Made by a program: the position numbers and the translations under genes
In this document: positions 17,302 to 26,407 of the stretch, piece after piece
Layout: the number at the start of each line of letters is the position of its first letter
Position numbering within the stretch: position 1 is the stretch's first letter
Origin: Treponemataceae bacterium
Lineage (GTDB): Bacteria > Spirochaetota > Spirochaetia > Treponematales > Rectinemataceae
Assembly: GCA_963677895.2 (NCBI GenBank)
Contig: CAXXGJ010000029.1
Coordinates: forward strand, 1 to 29,100
DNA: 29,100 nt
Direction of reading: 5' to 3'
The notes under the pieces: model-generated
Databases searched by the model: none
What the model was told of the DNA's origin: nothing
The model's input: the letters and a program-made list of their open reading frames with translations, nothing else

Positions 17302-18129
17302 TTAGCGAATTTTGAGCTCGTAGATATCGGACCTTCTGTTCTTCAACGACGGGATCTGCCCGCGGATCTTGTCCAGGAAATCCAGATCGATTTCAGCCAA
17401 CGTCACGCCCGGCTGATCCTTGGATCTCGCGATGACGGTTCCCCAGGGATCCACGACAAGGCTGTTGCCGAAAGCGGTGAAATTGGGTTTCTTGCCTATC
17501 TGGGCCGGCGCGACGATATAGCAGCCGTTTTCGATGGCGCGGGCGCGGAGAATGGGCTCCCAGTGATCTTTGCCCGTGGACAGGGTAAAGTTGGCCGGCG
17601 TAAAGATGATCTGGGCTCCGTCCAGGGCGAGAAGACGGAACAGCTCGGGAAAGCGGATGTCGTAGCAGATGGAGAATCCAAGCTTGCCCAGGTCGCTGTC
17701 CACGGTCACGATTTCCGCGCCCGGCTGGATTCTTGCCGACTCGTTGCATACGGTGCCGTCCGTGAGGGTGACATCGAAGGTATGGAGTTTTCTGTAGCGC
17801 GCGATGATCCTGCCCTCCCTGTCCAGCATAACGGTGGTATTGAATCCCTTCGTCTCGCCGGGAATTTCTTCCTTGATGCTGCCGCAATGGATGTAGATGC
17901 CCAGTTCCTTGGCCTTCCGCGCCAGAATTTCCGTGCTGTAGCCGGGGATGGGTTCCGCCCCGCCGCCTTCGCCGATATTGTCCCCCAGCAGGTTCATCAC
18001 CTCGGGAAGGGCGACGAGCCGCGCGCCCTTGCGCGCGGCTTCGTCTATATATTCGCAGATCTGGGCCAGATTCTTCCCTTTGTCGTTCTGCGTATCCAGC
18101 TGGATGATCCCGATCAGGAATTTTCTCAT
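17302..18129 (-). CDS. Carbon-nitrogen hydrolase (Nit1/Nit2-like amidase)
   Basis: Glu-Lys-Cys triad: LPEV, YRKLHTFDV, SICYDIRFPE; HWEPILRARAIEN. Start at ATG 18129 after GAGGAG. Confidence 0.93.
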   Translation of the reverse strand: MRKFLIGIIQLDTQNDKGKNLAQICEYIDEAARKGARLVALPEVMNLLGDNIGEGGGAEPIPGYSTEILARKAKELGIYIHCGSIKEEIPGETKGFNTTVMLDREGRIIARYRKLHTFDVTLTDGTVCNESARIQPGAEIVTVDSDLGKLGFSICYDIRFPELFRLLALDGAQIIFTPANFTLSTGKDHWEPILRARAIENGCYIVAPAQIGKKPNFTAFGNSLVVDPWGTVIARSKDQPGVTLAEIDLDFLDKIRGQIPSLKNRRSDIYELKIR

Positions 18130-18142
18130 CGTATTCACTCCT

Positions 18143-19108
18143 CTAAATAAGGCCGTTGATGGCTTTGACATGATGGCAGGCAACGTAATAATCCTCTCTC
18201 GCCTTTTCGAATGCCGGCTCCGTGGTCGAGCAGATTTCGGTGGCGTATTCGCAGCGCTTGGCGAACCTGCAGCCGGGTTTCGGATTGATAGGCGAGGAAA
18301 TTTCCCCTTTGAGCAGGCGCCTGCCCTTCTTCGCGCCGAGCGCGGGCACGGGAACCGCGGCGAGCAGCGCCTTGGTGTAGGGGTGAAAGCGGTACTTGAA
18401 AATTTCCTTCACCGGCGCGTATTCGACCATCTTGCCCATATACATGACGAGGATGTTGTCGGAAATATGCTTGACGACGGCCATGTTGTGCGTGATGAAA
18501 AGGTAGGTGAGGTTTCTCTCCTGCTGCAGATCCTGCATCAGGTTGAGGATCTGCGCCTGGATGGATACGTCGAGGGCGGAGACGGGTTCGTCGCAGACGA
18601 TGAACTTCGGATTGAGGGACAGGGCGCGCGCCACGCCGATGCGCTGGCGGCGGCCGCCGTCCAGCTCGTGCGGATAGGAATCCGAAAGCCTGCGCGCGAG
18701 CCCTACCGTATCCATGAGCTTTCCGACCTGCTCGCTCAGTTCGGCGGGATTCTTGAACTTATTATAGATCTTCAGGGGCTCCGCGATGAGATTGCTCACC
18801 GACATTCTCGGATCGAGGGATGAAAAGGGATCCTGGAAAATCATCTGCATATCCTGGCGATACCGCTTGAGATCGGCGCGATTCAGCTGGCTGATATCCT
18901 CTCCCTCGAAATGGATGCTGCCCGAGGTCGCCTCCAGGAGGTGGATGGTCAGCCGGCCGAGCGTCGACTTGCCGCAGCCCGATTCCCCCACGACGCCGAG
19001 CGTCCGGCCCTTTTCGATGGCGAAGGATACGCCGTCGACGGCATGAAGATCGCCCCTGGGTGTCTTGAAATATTTCCTGAGATCTTTGACTTCTATCAGT
19101 GCGCTCAT
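18143..19108 (-). CDS. oppF: Peptide/nickel ABC transporter ATPase (OppF-like)
   Basis: GESGCGKST, FQDP, YPHELDGGRRQR, IVCDEPVSALD, HPYT, GCRFAKRC. Confidence 0.93.
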   Translation of the reverse strand: MSALIEVKDLRKYFKTPRGDLHAVDGVSFAIEKGRTLGVVGESGCGKSTLGRLTIHLLEATSGSIHFEGEDISQLNRADLKRYRQDMQMIFQDPFSSLDPRMSVSNLIAEPLKIYNKFKNPAELSEQVGKLMDTVGLARRLSDSYPHELDGGRRQRIGVARALSLNPKFIVCDEPVSALDVSIQAQILNLMQDLQQERNLTYLFITHNMAVVKHISDNILVMYMGKMVEYAPVKEIFKYRFHPYTKALLAAVPVPALGAKKGRRLLKGEISSPINPKPGCRFAKRCEYATEICSTTEPAFEKAREDYYVACHHVKAINGLI

Positions 19109-19117
19109 ATCAACCTC

Positions 19118-20083
19118 TTACCCATGGTACTTCACGCATTTCACGAAATGTCCCGGCTCCACTTCCACGACGGGCACGGCCGCGGCGCGGCATTTCTCCG
19201 AAGCGTCGGGGCATCGCGGCGCGAAAACGCATCCCTGAGGAAGATTCGTCGGGTCGGGCATCAGACCGGTGATCGGCTGGAGCCGGTCAACGTCCTCGTT
19301 CAGGTTGGGAATCGAACCGAAAAGACCGATCGTGTAGGGGTGTTTGGTGTTATTGTAGATATGCTCCAGGGTACCGTATTCCACGATTTCGCCCGCGTAC
19401 ATTATGGCCGCTTTCTGGCAAATCTCGGCCACCACGCCCAGGTCGTGCGTGATGAGGATGAGCGACGTACCCCTGTCCCTCATGAGCTTTTCTATGAGAT
19501 CGAGCACCTGGTCCTGGATCGTCACGTCGAGTGCCGTTGTCGGCTCATCCGCTATCAGCAGCTCGGGATTGCAGGCCAGCGCGATCGCGATGACCACCCG
19601 CTGCTTCATGCCGCCGGAAAACTGGTGCGGATATTCCGCGTAACGCTCGCCCGGAATGCCCACCAGCTCCAGCATTTCCTGGGCCTTTATGGAGGCCTTC
19701 GCGCGGGATATTTTCTGATGAAGGCGCACAACTTCAGCTATTTGATCGCCGACCGTGAGGACGGGGTTAAGCGCCGTCATGGGATCCTGGAAAATCATGG
19801 AGATCTTGTTGCCGCGAATCGAGCGCTTATCAGAAGGCGACATGGCGACGAGGTCCTGCCCGTCGTAGAGTATCTGGCCGCTGACGATCTTCCCGGGCGG
19901 ATCGGGAATCAGCTGCATTATGCTGAGCGCCGTGGTGGTTTTCCCCGCGCCCGTCTCGCCGACCAACCCCAGGGACTCGCCCTTCTTCAGGGAAATAGTC
20001 ATTCCGTTCACGGCGTGAACGGTGGTTGTGTCCGTCACGTAATGGACAACGAGATTCTTGATCTCGAGAATAGTGTCGTTCAT
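19118..20083 (-). CDS. oppD: Peptide/nickel ABC transporter ATPase (OppD-like)
   Basis: [45 protein letters not shown]. Confidence 0.94.
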   Translation of the reverse strand: MNDTILEIKNLVVHYVTDTTTVHAVNGMTISLKKGESLGLVGETGAGKTTTALSIMQLIPDPPGKIVSGQILYDGQDLVAMSPSDKRSIRGNKISMIFQDPMTALNPVLTVGDQIAEVVRLHQKISRAKASIKAQEMLELVGIPGERYAEYPHQFSGGMKQRVVIAIALACNPELLIADEPTTALDVTIQDQVLDLIEKLMRDRGTSLILITHDLGVVAEICQKAAIMYAGEIVEYGTLEHIYNNTKHPYTIGLFGSIPNLNEDVDRLQPITGLMPDPTNLPQGCVFAPRCPDASEKCRAAAVPVVEVEPGHFVKCVKYHG

Positions 20084-20094
20084 TCACCGTCCCC

Positions 20095-20973
20095 TTAGCT
20101 CTTGAGCCGTGGATCGAGAGCGTCGCGCAGCCCGTCGCCCAGAAGATTGATGGAAAAAACCGTAAGCATTATCGCGAGTCCGGGGAAAGTGACGACCCAC
20201 CAGTAATCGCGGATGAAAGCCCTGCCGGAAGCGAGCATCGAACCCCACTCAGGCGTCGGGGGCATTATCCCCAATCCGATGAAGCTCATTCCCGCGCCCT
20301 GGATGATGGCGGCCGCTATGCTCATCGTAGCCTGGACGATGATGGGCGCCATGCAGTTCGGAATGATATGGCGCGTTATGATGCGCCAGTCGCTGGCGCC
20401 GTTGGAGCGGGCGGCTTCGATGTATTCCTGTTCCTTCACCGAGAGAATGGAAGCGCGCACAACGCGAGCGTAGCCGGGCACGGCGCCGATTCCTATGGCG
20501 AGGATCAGGTTGAAGAAACTCGTGCCCATGGCGGCGACTATCGAAACGGCCAGGAGGATGTTCGGTATCGAGAGCATGATGTCGATGAAGCGCATGATTA
20601 TGTTGTCCACGACCTTGCCGTAATAGCCCGAAATGCATCCGAGGATGATCCCGATCAGGCAGGATATCGTGACCGATACCAGACCCAGGGTGAGCGAGAT
20701 CCTGCAGCCGAAGATGACCCTGCTGAATATATCCCTGCCAAATTCGTCGGTTCCGAAAGGATACTCGAGGGAAGGCGCCTTGAAACGGCGGGAGAGCATC
20801 TGTTCGTCGAAGCCATAGGGCGCTATGAGCGAAGGGACGAGCGCCAGTATCGTCAGGAGAATTATGAAGGCGAGGCCGAGCACGGCGCCCTTGTTCTTTA
20901 CGAAACGCCGCCAAATCTCCTTGGATTGGCCTCGCTTTTTCATTTTTATGGAGAGGACTTCGTTGTCTGCCAT
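20095..20973 (-). CDS. oppC: Peptide/nickel ABC transporter permease (OppC-like)
   Basis: FGTDEFGRDIFSR, EYIEAARSNGA (EAA loop), PEWGSML, GDGLRDALDP. Confidence 0.94.
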   Translation of the reverse strand: MADNEVLSIKMKKRGQSKEIWRRFVKNKGAVLGLAFIILLTILALVPSLIAPYGFDEQMLSRRFKAPSLEYPFGTDEFGRDIFSRVIFGCRISLTLGLVSVTISCLIGIILGCISGYYGKVVDNIIMRFIDIMLSIPNILLAVSIVAAMGTSFFNLILAIGIGAVPGYARVVRASILSVKEQEYIEAARSNGASDWRIITRHIIPNCMAPIIVQATMSIAAAIIQGAGMSFIGLGIMPPTPEWGSMLASGRAFIRDYWWVVTFPGLAIMLTVFSINLLGDGLRDALDPRLKS

Positions 20974-20974
20974 A

Positions 20975-21946
20975 TTATGCCGCCTCCTTCGCAGGATGCA
21001 GCTTTTTCGTCCTGGGGCGGGTGTACATGGAACGGATCCTGGGATCCGCGAAACTGTACAATATGTCCACCAGAAGGTTCACCAGCGACATGACGAAGGC
21101 TATGAAAAGCACGCCGCCCTGGACCATCGGGAAGTTTTTAAGCTTTATGGCATCCACCATGAGTTTGCCGACGCCGGCGATGGAAAAGATGGATTCCGTC
21201 AGGACGGCGCCGCCGAGCTGCCTTCCGAAAGAAAGCCCCACGACGGTAATGATGGGGATCAGCGCGTTCTTGAGCGCGTGTTTCCAGATGACGACCCTTT
21301 CGGACTGTCCCTTGGCGCGGGCCGTCCTGATGTAGTCCTGGCGGACTATCTCGAGCATGCTCGACCGGGTCATGCGCATTATATTGGCCGAAGCGTTGGT
21401 ACCCACCGTGATTACGGGAAGCACCCAATGCATGGGCGTGCTGAATCCCGAGGGCGGGAACCATCGCAGCCACACGGCGAAGACGATTATCAGCATCATC
21501 CCCTGCCAGAAATTGGGCATGGATACGCCGATCATCGAAATCGAGGTCGCGAACTGATCGATGAACGAATATTGCCTTGTCGCCGAAATGATGCCCACCG
21601 AGATGCCGATTATCACGGCCAGCAGCACGCTGAGCGCGGATAGCTTGAGCGTGGCCGGGAAGCGCTGAAGGATCTCATCCGTGACAGGCTGCCTCGTCAC
21701 GTATGATGTCCCGAGGTCGCCTTCGAAGACGACGCCTTTCATATAGCGCAGATACTGGACGAGGAAAGGTTTGTCTAAGCCCTGCTGCTCGCGAAAAAGC
21801 TGCTTGTCCGCCGGCGTGGCCATATCGCCGAGAATGGCGTCGGCAGCGTCCCCCGGCGCGAAAAAAAGCATGCCGAATATGACGAAAGACACCCCCAGCA
21901 ACACGGGTATCATCATCACCAGCCTTCTGAATATGAATTTGATCAA
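20975..21946 (-). CDS. oppB: Peptide/nickel ABC transporter permease (OppB-like)
   Basis: GLDKP, GDLGTS, SMPNFW, DYIRTARAKG, HALKNALIP, DILYSFADPRIR; TTG start. Confidence 0.94.
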   Translation of the reverse strand: MIKFIFRRLVMMIPVLLGVSFVIFGMLFFAPGDAADAILGDMATPADKQLFREQQGLDKPFLVQYLRYMKGVVFEGDLGTSYVTRQPVTDEILQRFPATLKLSALSVLLAVIIGISVGIISATRQYSFIDQFATSISMIGVSMPNFWQGMMLIIVFAVWLRWFPPSGFSTPMHWVLPVITVGTNASANIMRMTRSSMLEIVRQDYIRTARAKGQSERVVIWKHALKNALIPIITVVGLSFGRQLGGAVLTESIFSIAGVGKLMVDAIKLKNFPMVQGGVLFIAFVMSLVNLLVDILYSFADPRIRSMYTRPRTKKLHPAKEAA

Positions 21947-21993
21947 AGAACCATTCTCCTTCCCGGCGGAATATGTGCCGACTCCATAAAACA

Positions 21994-22032
21994 GGATCCT
22001 CGATCCGACAGGCTTTGCCGGATCGAGGGTCC
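21994..22032 (-). terminator. Intercistronic stem-loop after oppA (partial terminator or mRNA stabiliser)
   Basis: Minus strand GGACCCTCGATCCGGCA-AAGCC-TGTCGGATCGAGGATCC followed by TGTTTT; 17-bp stem with one mismatch and one G-U pair. Confidence 0.75.
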
Positions 22033-22067
22033 ATTACGCATGTATCGCAGAAAATGTTCTTGAGCGC

Positions 22068-23567
22068 TTACTTGTAGACGGAAACCTTGGCCATCTCCAC
22101 CTGCTGCATCGGATCGCAGACCCAGCCTTCCACCCTGTCGCTCAATCCGTAGATGACGGGCGTAAAGGCGAAGGGAACGGTGTATCGGATATCCCAAAGG
22201 TAGTCCTGGATCTCCGCGTATGCCGCCGCGCGTTTCTTGCTGTCGTAGATGGTCTTGGCGGCCGCGAGCTTCTTGTCGATCCAGGGATCGTTCGGCTCGA
22301 GGCGTTCGCCGAAGGCGGAGTCGTAGATGATGAGGATGTTGGACGGCTCGTTGACGTTGCCGGCCCTCATGCCCGCCTGGAACTTGTTGCCCTGAGCGGT
22401 GTAGGTGGAAGCCGTCATCTGGAAGATCTTCACCTTTACGCCGACGGCTGCCCACATGTTCTGGATGATGGACGCGAGCCTGATGTCGGCTTCGCGGTTC
22501 TCAAGCAGGAAATTCATGGTGAAGCCATCGGGATAGCCGGCCTTCGCGAGGAGTTCCTTGGCCTTGACCGGGTCGTAGGGCAGGACGCCCTTGTTCTTGA
22601 ACGCGAAGACGGTGGGCGGATACAGGCCGTTCGCCACGGAGGCCGTCCCTTCATACACCGCGTCGACCAGGGCTACCTTGTCGATGGCATAGGACAACGC
22701 GTACCTGATGTCTTTGTTGCTGAGGAGCTTGTCCTTCATGCTGAAGGTGAGGGTCATGTAGCGGCTGGAATCACCCATGAGGATGTGGGCGTCTTTCAGG
22801 TTCTTCACTCGTTTGACGTCGTTGGCGGCGACATCGAAGACGGCGTCCACGCCGCCGGTCTCGAGCTCGATGACGCGGTTGGCGGCTTCGGGAATGATGG
22901 AAAAGATCACGTTCTTCGTGATCGCTTTTTCGCCCCAGTATTCCTCATTGCGCACGAGCGAGATCTCGGAACCCGATTTCCACGAAGCGAGCTTGTAGGG
23001 ACCGGTTCCGACGGGATTGCGGGCAAAAGCGTCGGCGCCCATCCGCTCAACGGCGGCCTTGCTCACGATGGCGCCGCGTCCCGTGGTCAGGGTGTTGAAG
23101 ATCGCCGCGTAGGGAGTCTTGAACTTGATCCTGATGGTGTAGGGATCCACGATCACGGTGTTGTCGGTATCGAAGGGAGCGAAGGTGGAGGCGCTGATGG
23201 AGTTGGCCTTCCCGCGCTTGAAGGTGAAAAGAACGTCCTCGGCGGTGAATTTCCCGCCGTCGTGGAATTTGACGTCCTTGCGAAGCTTCATTTCAAGGGT
23301 AAGGTCGTCGAGGAATTTCCACTCGGTGGCGAGACGGGGATGCACCACGCCTTCGGCATCTTCGTAGACAAGCTTGTCGAAGATATTCAGCTGAACCATC
23401 CAATTGCTGACAAAATTGGATGCCTGGGGATCCATGGTCTTAAGATCTTCCCATGTCGCCACCCTCAGGGTGTCCTTGAGCTTCCTGCCGGTGTTGTCCG
23501 CCGCGCCGACGGTCACGGCGAGCAGCAGCGCGATGGCCATGGCCATCAAGATTACCTTTCTCTTCAT
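22068..23567 (-). CDS. oppA: Family-5 ABC substrate-binding protein (OppA/DppA/GsiB-like), non-lipoprotein signal peptide
   Basis: KTMDP, LATEW, KLRKDVKFHDG..FTAEDV.FT, PVGTGPYK, RYALSYAIDK, AKELLAKAGYPDG; no lipobox Cys. Confidence 0.93.
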   Translation of the reverse strand: MKRKVILMAMAIALLLAVTVGAADNTGRKLKDTLRVATWEDLKTMDPQASNFVSNWMVQLNIFDKLVYEDAEGVVHPRLATEWKFLDDLTLEMKLRKDVKFHDGGKFTAEDVLFTFKRGKANSISASTFAPFDTDNTVIVDPYTIRIKFKTPYAAIFNTLTTGRGAIVSKAAVERMGADAFARNPVGTGPYKLASWKSGSEISLVRNEEYWGEKAITKNVIFSIIPEAANRVIELETGGVDAVFDVAANDVKRVKNLKDAHILMGDSSRYMTLTFSMKDKLLSNKDIRYALSYAIDKVALVDAVYEGTASVANGLYPPTVFAFKNKGVLPYDPVKAKELLAKAGYPDGFTMNFLLENREADIRLASIIQNMWAAVGVKVKIFQMTASTYTAQGNKFQAGMRAGNVNEPSNILIIYDSAFGERLEPNDPWIDKKLAAAKTIYDSKKRAAAYAEIQDYLWDIRYTVPFAFTPVIYGLSDRVEGWVCDPMQQVEMAKVSVYK

Positions 23568-23598
23568 GTTTCCTGGGTCTCCTTTCTAAAAATTTGCT

Positions 23599-24351
23599 TT
23601 ATGCTTTGAGTTCAATCTTAAATTCATAAGCCATATAGGCGGCAATCCGGTCGACGCACTTCTCCACGAGAGCTTTCCCTTTTTCGGCCGTCGCGATCGT
23701 GGCGTCGCCGACGGTGGCGTTGGGAGTCTTGGCGCTCAAAGGGATATAGCGGATCACGTCGGTGAAGTCCTGGTAGAATTCGGAGGGAGGTTCGATCCTC
23801 GTGGCCTTGGACATATCCACAAGGTCTGGCCGCAGATAGAGCAAGACCGAAGTGCCGCATTCGCTCGCGTGGCCGTGAGCCATATACCCCTTCAGCTCGA
23901 AGATGTCATTGCCGTTGGCCGCGGCGAAACGCCACCAGTCGATCTGGCCGCACTTCACCTTGCGCTCTCTCTGATAACGCCTGGCCAGATAGTTCACCAT
24001 GTCCACATTGCCCGCGTGGCCGTTTATGAACATGAGGTTCTTGAATCCATAGTCCATGAGCGCGGTGCATAAATCATCCATGGCCGCTTCGTAGGTGGAT
24101 TTCCGCAGCGTGAGCGTGCCCGGATAATCCAGGAGCATCGAGGAGTCGCCCATGCCGATGGCGGGGGCCACGAGAGCGCCCGTCTTTTCCGCTATACGGA
24201 TCGCGAGCGCCTCGGCGACGATGGTATCGGATCCCATCGGCAGGTGGGGTCCATATATCTCCACCGCGCCGGTCGGAATTATCACCGTGTCCGTCATTTT
24301 TCTGCGCTCGTCGAAGGCCGTCCAGCTCATCTCTTCTATCTTGTGGGTCAC
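23599..24351 (-). CDS. Creatininase-family amidohydrolase (non-canonical metal ligands)
   Basis: IPTGAVEIYGPHLPMGSD, YPGTLTL, INGHAGN, GHASECGTS, LRPDLVDM, VGDATIATAEKG; AAGGAG RBS and GTG start. Confidence 0.9.
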   Translation of the reverse strand: MTHKIEEMSWTAFDERRKMTDTVIIPTGAVEIYGPHLPMGSDTIVAEALAIRIAEKTGALVAPAIGMGDSSMLLDYPGTLTLRKSTYEAAMDDLCTALMDYGFKNLMFINGHAGNVDMVNYLARRYQRERKVKCGQIDWWRFAAANGNDIFELKGYMAHGHASECGTSVLLYLRPDLVDMSKATRIEPPSEFYQDFTDVIRYIPLSAKTPNATVGDATIATAEKGKALVEKCVDRIAAYMAYEFKIELKA

Positions 24352-24533
24352 ATCGCTGCTCCTTGAGGGTTATGGGCTGATTTTACGCACTGTCGCGGTA
24401 TCAATATTCAGTCGGCTAAAACACCTGGTATAAAAGAAGACTGCTTAAGAATCTCCCCAGGGGTTTTGCAGAACCGCGTCGAGGAAGATTATGCATATAT
24501 ATAGGTGCATCATCCTATCCCAATAAGTTCCCA

Positions 24534-24561
24534 AGTATAGACTGAAAATTCCTTATGTCAA
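24534..24561 (-). promoter_or_regulatory. Sigma70-type promoter of the creatininase-opp operon
   Basis: Minus-strand TTGACA (24561-24556), 16-nt spacer, TATACT (24539-24534), with AT-rich upstream sequence. Confidence 0.6.
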
Positions 24562-24776
24562 TTAAAAGTTTTAATAATGTTTGTTGTCGTTTATGAGTAA
24601 ATATAACCATATGGTGATAATTTATGCGTTTTCGTACCCAAGAGTCAGAGCTATCGGGAGAGAAACACCACGCTCCAATGTTTCATCATTGAAATCGAAG
24701 CCAGAATCACGCAGACGTGGCCATGCCTCGCCGCCTGCCGCGGGAACCGCTGTCAACACGATTTTCTGGCCGCATC

Positions 24777-24807
24777 CATAATCGCTTTCATAATCGCTTC
24801 CATAATC
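24777..24807. repeat. 12-bp-period tandem direct repeat CATAATCGCTT(T/C), about 2.6 copies
   Basis: CATAATCGCTTT CATAATCGCTTC CATAATC read directly, 43 nt before the AKR start. Confidence 0.85.
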
Positions 24808-24850
24808 CAGTGCCTTCATGGTAAAACGGGCGGCACAAGGAAGGAATGCC

Positions 24851-25873
24851 ATGTCCACGGTCATACTGGGAAAAACTCGCATCGAGGTGAACAAGAATGG
24901 CTTCGGAGCCCTGCCCATCCAGCGAATCCCGCAGGAAGAAGCAGCGGCTCTCGTCCTGAAAGCATATAAGGGCGGAATCGGGTTCTTTGATACGGCGCGG
25001 GGCTACTCCGACAGCGAGAAGAAGCTGGGCGCGGCCCTTAAGGATGTCAGGAAGAACGTATTCATAGCCTCCAAGACACAGGCCAAGACGGGCGAAAACC
25101 TGCGTGCCGACCTCGAAACCAGCCTACGCGATCTCCAGACCGACTATCTGGACCTTTATCAGTTCCACAATCCCGCCTTCTGCCCGAAACCGGGGGACGG
25201 CACGGGCCTGTACGAGGCGATACTCGAGGCAAAAGAAAAGGGTAAGATCCGCCACATCGGCATTTCCAACCACCGACTCCAGATTGCCCATGAAAGCGTC
25301 GATTCGGGTCTATACGAGACTCTCCAGTTTCCATTTTCCTACCTTTCGACGGCCAAAGACCTGGAACTGGTCCAGAAATGCAAAAACGCCGACATGGGGC
25401 TCATCGCCATGAAGGCGCTCTCCGGCGGCCTGATCACCAACTCGGCGGCGGCCTATGCCTATCTCGACCAGTTCGACAATGTGCTTCCCATATGGGGCAT
25501 CCAGAAGGAAAGCGAGCTGGATGAGTTCCTCGCCTATATAGCCGATCCCCCCCGTTTGACGGAGGAAATCCGCGCCCTCATCGAAAAGGACAGGACGGAA
25601 CTCCTGGGCGAATTCTGCCGCGGCTGCGGCTACTGCATGCCCTGCCCTGTCGGCATAGAGATCAACATCTGCGCGCGCATGTCCCTGATGATACGCCGTT
25701 CCCCGCCGAAAAAACTGCTCTCGCCCGAGTCCCGGGCGATGATGAAGAAGATCGAGGACTGCCTCCACTGCGGCCAGTGCGGCTCCCGATGCCCCTACAA
25801 TCTGGATACTCCCGCGCTGCTTACGAAAAATTATGCCGATTACAGGGAAATTTTAGCTGGAAAAGCGATTTAA
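24851..25873 (+). CDS. Aldo/keto reductase with C-terminal 4Fe-4S dicluster domain
   Basis: GFGALP, FFDTARGYSDSE, IASKT, DYLDLYQFH, GKIRHIGIS, AMKALSGG; CRGCGYCMPCP and CLHCGQCGSRCP. Start at ATG 24851 after AAGGAAGGA. Confidence 0.93.
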   Translation: MSTVILGKTRIEVNKNGFGALPIQRIPQEEAAALVLKAYKGGIGFFDTARGYSDSEKKLGAALKDVRKNVFIASKTQAKTGENLRADLETSLRDLQTDYLDLYQFHNPAFCPKPGDGTGLYEAILEAKEKGKIRHIGISNHRLQIAHESVDSGLYETLQFPFSYLSTAKDLELVQKCKNADMGLIAMKALSGGLITNSAAAYAYLDQFDNVLPIWGIQKESELDEFLAYIADPPRLTEEIRALIEKDRTELLGEFCRGCGYCMPCPVGIEINICARMSLMIRRSPPKKLLSPESRAMMKKIEDCLHCGQCGSRCPYNLDTPALLTKNYADYREILAGKAI

Positions 25874-26076
25874 CCCCTTCTTTTGCCCTTAAAACCGCGT
25901 TCGCGAGGTTTAAGGAAGAAAATAGGTCCCAGCCACCTATTTATTGTTTGAACAATGTGATACACTACCCTTAACTTAAGAATGGATACAAAAAATCCAT
26001 TGTTCAGCATATCCACGCTTACCGCGGATACAGGTTTTAGATGCCCGATGCAACGCTTCGGGTGGAGGAATTTACT

Positions 26077-26349
26077 TTGGGCAAGAAAATTTATGTCGGG
26101 AATCTGAGCTACAATACTTCTGAGGACAGCCTTCGAAATCTTTTTCAGACTTACGGTACTGTCGCTTCGGCGAAAATCATCTCTGATCGTGACACCGGCG
26201 TTTCCAAAGGCTTCGGCTTTGTGGAAATGGGTTCGGACAATGAAGCCAGCGCAGCAATCAATGGTACCAATGGTATCGATCTCGATGGTCGCCAGATCAA
26301 AGTGAACGAAGCCATGGACAAGCCCCGCCGCAGCAACGACCGCTACTAA
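26077..26349 (+). CDS. RRM-domain RNA-binding protein
   Basis: RNP2 KIYVGNL and RNP1 KGFGFVEM; GGAGGA RBS then TTG start at 26077. Confidence 0.95.
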   Translation: MGKKIYVGNLSYNTSEDSLRNLFQTYGTVASAKIISDRDTGVSKGFGFVEMGSDNEASAAINGTNGIDLDGRQIKVNEAMDKPRRSNDRY

Positions 26350-26372
26350 GACCCTAAAGTCTTAGCGCTGTG

Positions 26373-26404
26373 AAAAAAGCCGCTCCTTCGGGAACGGCTT
26401 TTTT
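26373..26404. terminator. Bidirectional intrinsic terminator with cUUCGg tetraloop
   Basis: AAAAAAGCCGCTCC-TTCG-GGAACGGCTTTTTT between convergent genes. Confidence 0.9.
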
Positions 26405-26407
26405 ATT

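Noticed and set aside
17563..23609. Long plus-strand ORFs antisense to the opp operon (e.g. 17948..18823, 18911..20098, 20825..21643, 22785..23609)
   Set aside because: Fully overlap well-supported minus-strand genes and show no protein family signatures.
24581..24918. Small ORFs 24581..24781 (+) and 24622..24918 (-) in the divergent spacer
   Set aside because: No clear RBS or motifs; one overlaps the AKR start and its DYGSDYESDYG pattern merely reflects the 12-bp DNA repeat.
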